Assembly: GCA_023245565.1 (NCBI GenBank)
Contig: JAHFKB010000007.1
Location: 2,379-34,378, forward strand
DNA: 32,000 nucleotides
Direction of reading: 5' to 3'
Origin: an archaeon
GTDB taxonomy: Archaea; Nanobdellota; Nanobdellia; SCGC-AAA011-G17; GW2011-AR18
Part shown: piece after piece, positions 26,142 to 32,000 of the stretch
Numbering within the stretch: position 1 is the stretch's first letter
Layout: the number at the start of each line of letters is the position of its first letter
Made by a program: the position numbers and the translations under genes
Notes under the pieces: model-generated
The model's database searches: none
The model's input: only the letters and a program-made list of their open reading frames with translations
Told to the model about the DNA's origin: nothing

Positions 26142-27584
26142 ATGAAGATATGTTTTGTAATGCCGCCGATGGCTAGCGGTTACTGGAAAAAATTAGGTAA
26201 AAAAGTTGGTCCTCAGTCTGAGCCTTTAAGTTTATGTTATATAGCTTCATATTTAAATTCTAAAGGTTATAAGGCAGATATAATAGATTGTATAGCAGAA
26301 GATTTAACAGAAGAAGAAATAGAACAAAGGTTAAGAGAGGGAAAATATGATATTGTTGGTGTAACTATGCTTACTTTAATGTATACTCAGGCATTAAATG
26401 TGTGTAAAATTGTTAAGAAGATTAATCCAAAAACTTATGTAGTAATAGGTGGTCCACACCCAACAATTGCAGCTTCTGCGACATTGCAAAATGAAAAGGA
26501 TATAGATTTTGCAGTTATTGGTGAAGCTGAAATAACATTTTATGAACTTTTAAAAGCATTAGATGGGGAAATAAAACTTAGTGCTGTAGATGGTTTAGCT
26601 TATAAAACAAATGATGGCAAAGTGATGTTAAATAATCAAAGAAAGCTGATTGACGATTTAGATATATTACCCATGCCAGATAGAAGTCTATTAAAAATGG
26701 AACTTTATAGGCCTTCTGTTTCTTATTACAAAAGATTACCAGCATACATAATATTAACAACTCGTGGTTGTCCTTATAGGTGCACTTTCTGCTCTAAAGT
26801 CTTTGATAAGAAATATAGACAGAATTCTGTTGAATATACAATAAAAGAAATGAAGTATTTAATGGAAGAATTTGGTGCAAAAGAAATAGTTTTTAGAGAT
26901 GATACTTTTACAATGAAATTTCCTTGGGTTACTGAATTTTGTAATAAACTTATTGAAGAAGGCCTTAATAAAAAAATTAGATGGAGTTGTATGACTCGTG
27001 TAAATCTAGTTAACTTAGAAATGCTTAAACTAATGAAAAAAGCTGGATGTTGGGGAATTCATTTTGGAGTTGAATCTGGAAATCAAAGACTATTAAATTT
27101 AATAAAGAAAGACGTTACTGTACAACAAATTAAAGATGCTTTTAAGTGGTGTAAAGAAGCAGGAGTAGAGACTAGGGCCTTTATGATGCTTGGGCTTCCT
27201 ACAGAAACTAAAGAGGAAAGTCTTGAAACCATAAGATTTGCAAAAGAACTTGATCCTGATTGGGCTCAGTTTACTATTACTACTCCTTATCCAGGAACAG
27301 AACTTTATAAACAAGCTAATGAACATGGTGAACTTAAATCTATTGACTGGAATAACTATCAAACATGGGCAGGATTTTCTGAAAATGATTTGGTCTGGAC
27401 CACAAATGGTAGAGAATCTTCAGAGCTTAAAGCGTTGCAGAGAAAGGCATTAAGGGAATTTTATTTCAGACCTAAATTTATATTAAAGAAATTAGTTCAT
27501 ATAGATAATCTGCCAATATTTAGAAAATATGTTTTAGGAGCATGGGCACTTCTAACAACTGGAGAAGGCAGAGCTATGGAATAA
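26142..27584 (+). CDS. Cobalamin-binding-domain (class B-type, COG1032-like) radical SAM enzyme
   Basis: The N-terminal Rossmann-like B12-binding module has 'MKICFVMPP...', 'DIVGVTMLT' and 'VVIGGPHPT'. The radical SAM cluster motif is 'TTRGCPYRCTFCS' (CxxxCxxC at 26769..26792), and 'GVESGNQRLL' is also present. The ORF track starts at 26046, but the first 32 codons are hydrophobic/AT-rich and contain the candidate TATA box. Confidence 0.85.
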   Translation: MKICFVMPPMASGYWKKLGKKVGPQSEPLSLCYIASYLNSKGYKADIIDCIAEDLTEEEIEQRLREGKYDIVGVTMLTLMYTQALNVCKIVKKINPKTYVVIGGPHPTIAASATLQNEKDIDFAVIGEAEITFYELLKALDGEIKLSAVDGLAYKTNDGKVMLNNQRKLIDDLDILPMPDRSLLKMELYRPSVSYYKRLPAYIILTTRGCPYRCTFCSKVFDKKYRQNSVEYTIKEMKYLMEEFGAKEIVFRDDTFTMKFPWVTEFCNKLIEEGLNKKIRWSCMTRVNLVNLEMLKLMKKAGCWGIHFGVESGNQRLLNLIKKDVTVQQIKDAFKWCKEAGVETRAFMMLGLPTETKEESLETIRFAKELDPDWAQFTITTPYPGTELYKQANEHGELKSIDWNNYQTWAGFSENDLVWTTNGRESSELKALQRKALREFYFRPKFILKKLVHIDNLPIFRKYVLGAWALLTTGEGRAME

Positions 27585-27601
27585 TTTTTGTAGATAATTT
27601 T

Positions 27602-29164
27602 TTATATTATTTCATATATAAAAGCTTGATTTTTGAAATTCTTAACTTCCTTTAATGGAAGACTTTTATATATCTGACATATATATTGATCTTTTGTAAT
27701 CTCTTCTTTATGTATAATTAAGATTTTTGATTTTAATATAGCTTTAAAATATTCTTCATTACATCTTGATTCTTGCAATATTACAATTGGGATTTTTTCT
27801 CCTTTATAAAATACTAAAGTATTTAGTGAACTAGTCATTACGGGTGGGTTGTTTCTTGAATTTAATTCATTTAATATTGAATCTGGTATTTCTTTATCAA
27901 AATTATTTTCGTAAAATCTTTTTCCCAAACCTAAGTTACTATATTCCCAAGTGCTATATGGAAAATTTGGAATTACTTGAACTATATTTATTATTAAAAT
28001 TAAAATGAAAACGTATTTCAGTACTTTGTATTTACTTATTAATTTTGATATTATTAATCCTGCTAATAAGAAAACTGAAGCGTAAAAAGTTATATTGTAC
28101 ATATGTCCCGAGCCTAATCGTGTTAATCCTATGCCAAAAAAACTTACAGCTAAAAATATTATCAAAACTGATTTTATATCTTTATTTTTTGTAAAATTAA
28201 GGAGGTTTACCAGTCCGCTTTCTTTATCAGATTTATTTTTATTTATTAAATAATAAATGAAACTTATCACTATTAAGATAAATGTTAATGAAAATATGTA
28301 AGAATTTCTTGTTAATGCAAAAACTATCATTGATGGAAAAGTAAATCCAAGTAATTGGAATGGTGATTCTGCTTGTAGGTGTTGCTGAGCAAATGCTTTT
28401 GCTTCTGAAGGGTATGTATAATAAAATACAAATAAAAATGAGGCAATTATTAAACCTGTTACTATTAGATTTTCTTTTAATTTATTTTTTTCCCTATTAA
28501 TGAAGAATTGAGAAATAATTAATGTAGGTATAATAAATAATGGATCAAAATTTCTTGATCCTATTGCAAATGTCATTACTAAGATTGTCATTCCTAAGTA
28601 TAACCATTTTTTATCTTCTGATTTTTCAGACAGATACTTTATGTAAAAAAATAAAGTTCCCAAAACTAAAGATATTGAGATAATTTTCATTAATATTTCA
28701 TGTCTGCTGTAAGCGATCATGTCTGGAGATATTGCCATAATGGCTGCACCCCATAATGCTGCTTCTTTATTAAATAATTTCTTCATAATTAAGTAAATGA
28801 ATAAAATTGCTAAAGATCCTAAAATTGCATTCATTATTCTTATTGCTACATAATTTTTAGTTACTGCCTCATATCCAATAAAAGCCCAAGTAAACATATT
28901 TGGACCTAAAGCATTAATTGGTGCATAATTTGCTGAAATAAAATTTACTGGAAGAGCAACTAACCATTTTCCTAAACCTGGGTGTTCTTGAAAGTACATT
29001 ATTCCAGATTTTAGATCTTGGCTGTGAATTTTTATTGCGCTAACAAAAGAATATTGTTCATCAGACCATATATATTCACTTGGTAAACCATAGAATCTTA
29101 GGAATATGCCTAATAATATTAATAAAATTAACATATAATTAACTATATTTTCTTTTTTAATCAT
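27602..29164 (-). CDS. GT-C fold membrane glycosyltransferase, ArnT/PMT-like
   Basis: 520 aa, polytopic. 'PSEYIWSDEQYSFVSAIKI' after TM1 is the D-E first-loop motif. Soluble C-terminal domain of about 120 aa. Confidence 0.7.
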   Translation of the reverse strand: MIKKENIVNYMLILLILLGIFLRFYGLPSEYIWSDEQYSFVSAIKIHSQDLKSGIMYFQEHPGLGKWLVALPVNFISANYAPINALGPNMFTWAFIGYEAVTKNYVAIRIMNAILGSLAILFIYLIMKKLFNKEAALWGAAIMAISPDMIAYSRHEILMKIISISLVLGTLFFYIKYLSEKSEDKKWLYLGMTILVMTFAIGSRNFDPLFIIPTLIISQFFINREKNKLKENLIVTGLIIASFLFVFYYTYPSEAKAFAQQHLQAESPFQLLGFTFPSMIVFALTRNSYIFSLTFILIVISFIYYLINKNKSDKESGLVNLLNFTKNKDIKSVLIIFLAVSFFGIGLTRLGSGHMYNITFYASVFLLAGLIISKLISKYKVLKYVFILILIINIVQVIPNFPYSTWEYSNLGLGKRFYENNFDKEIPDSILNELNSRNNPPVMTSSLNTLVFYKGEKIPIVILQESRCNEEYFKAILKSKILIIHKEEITKDQYICQIYKSLPLKEVKNFKNQAFIYEII

Positions 29165-29216
29165 GATCTTAACTTAATAGAAAGCCTTAATAAAATTATC
29201 TATATATCTTAAAATT

Positions 29217-30284
29217 ATGGTTAGCAAAGTTTATGTTTTAAAAACTAAACCAGAGAATGTTATTAAAGATTATTCAAAATTATTAGAAATCTCTAATTAT
29301 AAAAAATATATTTCTAAAGATATTAATACAATTTTGAAACTTAATTTATCTTGGAGTAAATATTTTCCTTCATGCAGCACAGAACCATGGCAACTCGAAG
29401 GTGTAGTAAATAAACTTAAAAAAGATGGATATAAAAAATTAATTCCTGTTGAAAATAGAACTGTAGTTACTGATGTCTGGAAAGGTGCTGCAGGAAATAA
29501 GTGGCTTCCAATATTAAAAAAATATAATTTAAAGTATAATCCGTTAACTGAAACTGAATGGGTAAGTTATAAACCTAAACATGATATGCTTGCGATGGAT
29601 AAAATTTTTAGTGAAGGGCATAAAATTCCTAAAATATTTATTGGATCTAATGTTATACATTTGCCTTCTGTTAAAACACATGGGCATACATCGATGACTG
29701 GTGCTATGAAAAATGCATTTGGTGGTTTAATTACAGAAAAAAGACATCATTGTCATAAAATGATACATGAAGTTTTAGTTGATTTATTGCAAATTCAAAA
29801 AGAGATTCATAAAGGTATATTTGCAGTTATGGATGGAACTGTTTGCGGTGATGGTAATGGTCCAAGAACAATGATACCAAAAATAAAAAATTATATATTA
29901 GCTAGTTCTGATCAAGTTGCTATTGATGCCATATCTGCTAAAATGATGGGCTTTGACCCTATGAAAATTAAATTTATTAAAATTGCTCATGATAAAGGAT
30001 TAGGCAATGGAGATATTGATCAAATAGATATTGTTGGAGAAAATATAACAAATGTAAATTTCGGGTTTAGTACTGGTAAAAGTCCTGTTATATTTTTTGA
30101 TCAATTATTTAGAAAAGGAAGCTTTAATTTTTTAGAACCTTTATTATTTCATACTGGGCTGTTTAATTTATGTATTTTTGGAAGTGAATTTTATCATGAT
30201 TTCTTGTGGTACAATACTATAGGTAAATATAGAATAAATAAATTTAAACAGACTGACTGGGGTAAATTATTTGATAAGTACTAA
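29217..30284 (+). CDS. DUF362-family protein
   Basis: 355 aa. 'LPSVKTHGHTSMTGAMKNAFGGL' and 'MDGTVCGDGNGP' match my recollection of the conserved K-T-H...G-x-x-K-N-x-F-G and DG...G.GP blocks of DUF362 (COG2006). No ferredoxin Cys cluster is fused. Confidence 0.65.
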   Translation: MVSKVYVLKTKPENVIKDYSKLLEISNYKKYISKDINTILKLNLSWSKYFPSCSTEPWQLEGVVNKLKKDGYKKLIPVENRTVVTDVWKGAAGNKWLPILKKYNLKYNPLTETEWVSYKPKHDMLAMDKIFSEGHKIPKIFIGSNVIHLPSVKTHGHTSMTGAMKNAFGGLITEKRHHCHKMIHEVLVDLLQIQKEIHKGIFAVMDGTVCGDGNGPRTMIPKIKNYILASSDQVAIDAISAKMMGFDPMKIKFIKIAHDKGLGNGDIDQIDIVGENITNVNFGFSTGKSPVIFFDQLFRKGSFNFLEPLLFHTGLFNLCIFGSEFYHDFLWYNTIGKYRINKFKQTDWGKLFDKY

Positions 30285-31143
30285 AGTTGAAATACAATAG
30301 CATAAATGTTACTAATAACCATAATAAAAGTCCAATTAATAATTCTTTATCTTTGTATAAAAGGTTTGGCTTTCTTGCAATTTTAGATTCACTATAAATT
30401 AAGTATACATATCTGAATATTACATAAATTGCAAATGGTATTGTTAATAATAACTTTTTGTGTTCACCTAAGAAAGCATATAATGAATATGAAATCAATA
30501 ATAATGTGGTGGATATTATAATTAAAATACCATTTATTTCTGGAGTATAATTTTTTAGTACTTGTTTATGATTTACTGCATTTTTTCCAAGCAACCTTAA
30601 GTCTCCGTGTCTTTTACCTACAGCTAAAAATAAAGCTAAGAAAAATGGACAAAGAATTAACCACGGTGATAATGGTTTATTTATAATGAAAGTTCCTGAT
30701 ACAGATCTTATTACAAAATTTATAGAGATAATTATTATATCCAAGAATAATATATGTTTTAGTTTGAAAGAATATAATAAAGTTAACACTAATAAAAATA
30801 TTACAGATAGTAAAAATATTTTTGATAAATTATATGCTATAAATAAAGATATTATGGTTATTATTAATGCTATTATAATTGCTTCGTAGATTTTAATTGA
30901 CCCATAGGCTATAGGTCTTGTTTTTTTCTCTTGATGTTCTTTATCTTTTTTTCTGTCTAAAATATCATTTATTATGTAATTTGTAGAAGATATCAGACAA
31001 AGACTTATCAATCCCAAGGTTGTTGCAATGAACAATTCTTTATTGAATAATGAATTTGAAAATATTAAAGCTAGATATATAACTAAATTTTTATACCATT
31101 GATGTATGCGCATTAATTTTATTATTTCTATGAGTTTTTTCAC
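30244..31143 (-). CDS. UbiA-superfamily polyprenyl-phosphate phosphoribosyltransferase-like enzyme (DPPR-synthase / Rv3806c-like)
   Basis: 299 aa, about 8-9 TM. 'MRIHQWYKNLVIYLALIF' resembles the RxxQWxKN N-terminus of this subfamily. 'NDILDRKKDKEHQEKKTRPIAYG' follows NDxxDxxxDxxHxxKxxRPIAxG, and a second Asp-containing loop is present. The track start is GTG (31141..31143, a GTGA overlap with the upstream gene). An alternative ATG lies at 31113. Confidence 0.75.
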   Translation of the reverse strand: MKKLIEIIKLMRIHQWYKNLVIYLALIFSNSLFNKELFIATTLGLISLCLISSTNYIINDILDRKKDKEHQEKKTRPIAYGSIKIYEAIIIALIITIISLFIAYNLSKIFLLSVIFLLVLTLLYSFKLKHILFLDIIIISINFVIRSVSGTFIINKPLSPWLILCPFFLALFLAVGKRHGDLRLLGKNAVNHKQVLKNYTPEINGILIIISTTLLLISYSLYAFLGEHKKLLLTIPFAIYVIFRYVYLIYSESKIARKPNLLYKDKELLIGLLLWLLVTFMLLYFNFSTYQIIYPSQSV

Positions 31144-32000
31144 AATTTTTTCACCATATTTGCCACTATTCTTCCTGATTCAAGAGCCACATTCATATTT
31201 CTAATTTTTGGAAATGTTACTTGTATTCCTGAATTAAAAAAATAATGTATTGGTGTTCTATATGTTGGTGCATAACTTAAATAATCTTTATCATAAATTG
31301 GTTCTGCATATTTCTCTCTAAAAACATAACACCAGTTTAACTGCATATTTGGGAAGTATTTCTTTAATATTTCTAAATACATTTTTTTAATTTGTTCGTC
31401 TGGAAGTCTGATATCTTCTTCACTACCACCATATCTTACACACCAGGTTACTTTACTTTTATATTTATCTATTAACATTGAATGCTGATATATCACATGG
31501 ATTCTTTCTTTTATTAGATTTATCCAATAATTCTTTTTATCCAAGAAATTTTTAGTTCCAAAACATAATCCTACTACTGGAACATATCTTAATTTTTTTA
31601 TTTTTTCTATATAAGTCTCTGGAAAATTTTTTGTAAATTTTAATAACTCTGGTACTGGTATTGTGTTGATCAATATATCGAATTTTTCTTCTTTTGATTT
31701 TTTATTATTTATTTTATATTTAATTTTTTTATTTTTAATGTCTAATTCAATAATGTCTGTTCTTATGTTTATTCTTCCTTTTCTTTTTAAAATATCTTTT
31801 TCTAAACCATTAATCATTCCTTGTAGGCCTTTAGTTGGGAATGTAAAATCATCATAACCTTCTTTTTCAAATAACCTATTAGCAAATTGTTTTGCTGAAA
31901 TTTTCTCTAATTCAATGTTAAATTTATTTCTTGCATATAATTGATACCATATTTTTTCTGTTACTTCTTTTCCTGCATATTTTAAAAGCCAGGTTTTTGC
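31140..32000 (-). CDS. FAD/NAD(P)-dependent oxidoreductase of the amine-oxidase / protoporphyrinogen-oxidase / UDP-galactopyranose-mutase-like fold (5' end beyond window)
   Basis: My hand translation shows the frame stays open from 31817 up to the window edge ('AKTWLLKYAGKEVTEKIWYQLYARNKFNIELEKISAKQFANRLFEKEGYDDFTFPTKGLQGMINGLEKD...'). The 'FPTKGLQGMINGL' and 'VFREKYAEPIYDKDY' blocks are typical of this flavoenzyme superfamily. The N-terminal dinucleotide-binding motif would lie outside the window. Confidence 0.65.
   Translation of the reverse strand, partial: AKTWLLKYAGKEVTEKIWYQLYARNKFNIELEKISAKQFANRLFEKEGYDDFTFPTKGLQGMINGLEKDILKRKGRINIRTDIIELDIKNKKIKYKINNKKSKEEKFDILINTIPVPELLKFTKNFPETYIEKIKKLRYVPVVGLCFGTKNFLDKKNYWINLIKERIHVIYQHSMLIDKYKSKVTWCVRYGGSEEDIRLPDEQIKKMYLEILKKYFPNMQLNWCYVFREKYAEPIYDKDYLSYAPTYRTPIHYFFNSGIQVTFPKIRNMNVALESGRIVANMVKKL

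Noticed and set aside
26578-27453. Three short ORFs (26578..26760 -, 27099..27362 -, 27238..27453 +) within the radical SAM gene
   Set aside because: They lie in alternative frames or antisense to a CDS whose frame is fixed by the CxxxCxxC and GVESG motifs.
30686-30889. 67-aa plus-strand ORF inside the UbiA-family gene
   Set aside because: It is antisense to transmembrane segments of a motif-supported CDS.
31663-31857. 64-aa plus-strand ORF, plus the idea that 31818..32000 is intergenic
   Set aside because: My hand translation of the minus strand shows the oxidoreductase frame stays open to the window edge. The region is therefore coding on the minus strand, and the plus-strand ORF is antisense noise.
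1-32000. CRISPR arrays, tandem repeats, IS elements/integrases, rRNA or tRNA genes
   Set aside because: I saw no regularly spaced direct repeats, no transposase/integrase/recombinase-like ORFs, and no GC-rich cloverleaf-sized segments other than the island at 20840..20958. All intergenic gaps are shorter than 120 nt and AT-rich.
1-32000. Bacterial (for example CPR) origin, suggested by names such as SpoIIM, C39 peptidase and an SSB-like tail
   Set aside because: AglB with WWDYG plus an AglH-type transferase, ALG5/DPM1-like Dol-P-sugar synthases, a Dph6-type domain, and TATA-like boxes about 26 nt before the start codons (consistent with leaderless transcription) all point to an archaeon. The families with bacterial-sounding names also occur in archaea.

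Overview
The window is very AT-rich. Hand-counted 60-nt lines mostly fall at 18-33 % G+C. It is tightly packed, with many 1-35 nt start/stop overlaps, and looks archaeal. The evidence for that is an AglB/STT3 oligosaccharyltransferase with a canonical WWDYG motif, an AglH-type GlcNAc-1-P transferase, a Dph6/MJ0570-type domain (diphthamide is an archaeal/eukaryotic trait), and TATA-like boxes about 26 nt upstream of several ATGs. The composition and compactness fit a small-genome AT-rich archaeon, possibly DPANN-like, but lineage cannot be determined from the sequence alone.

About 27 of the 32 kb (about 3.8-32 kb) is one large cell-surface / N-glycosylation island:
- AglB, plus three ArnT/PMT-like GT-C enzymes and one further polytopic membrane protein
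- three Dol-P-sugar-synthase-like GT2s and one membrane-anchored GT2
- two GT4s
- AglH and a Wzx-type flippase
- a sugar nucleotidyltransferase and two SDR epimerase/dehydratases
- a CE4 deacetylase and two SAM methyltransferases
- a cobalamin-type radical SAM enzyme and a DUF362 protein
- a SET-domain protein
- a UbiA-family enzyme of the polyprenyl-phosphate phosphoribosyltransferase type, coupled to an FAD oxidoreductase
- PRPP synthetase, placed inside a glycosyltransferase operon

The left edge carries an unusual AsnB + Dph6-like fusion ORF, an orphan C39-like peptidase and three small unknown genes. I saw no rRNA, tRNA, CRISPR array, transposase or integrase.

Four items deserve the most attention:
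1. A ~120-nt island of 62 % G+C (20840..20958) sits in the 3' end of an orphan ORF, with flanks of 18-25 % G+C.
2. PRPP synthetase, a DPPR-synthase-like UbiA, an FAD enzyme and multiple GT-C enzymes together suggest a lipid-linked pentose donor pathway.
3. The AsnB-Dph6 fusion.
4. The SET-domain gene is translationally coupled inside a glycosyltransferase operon.
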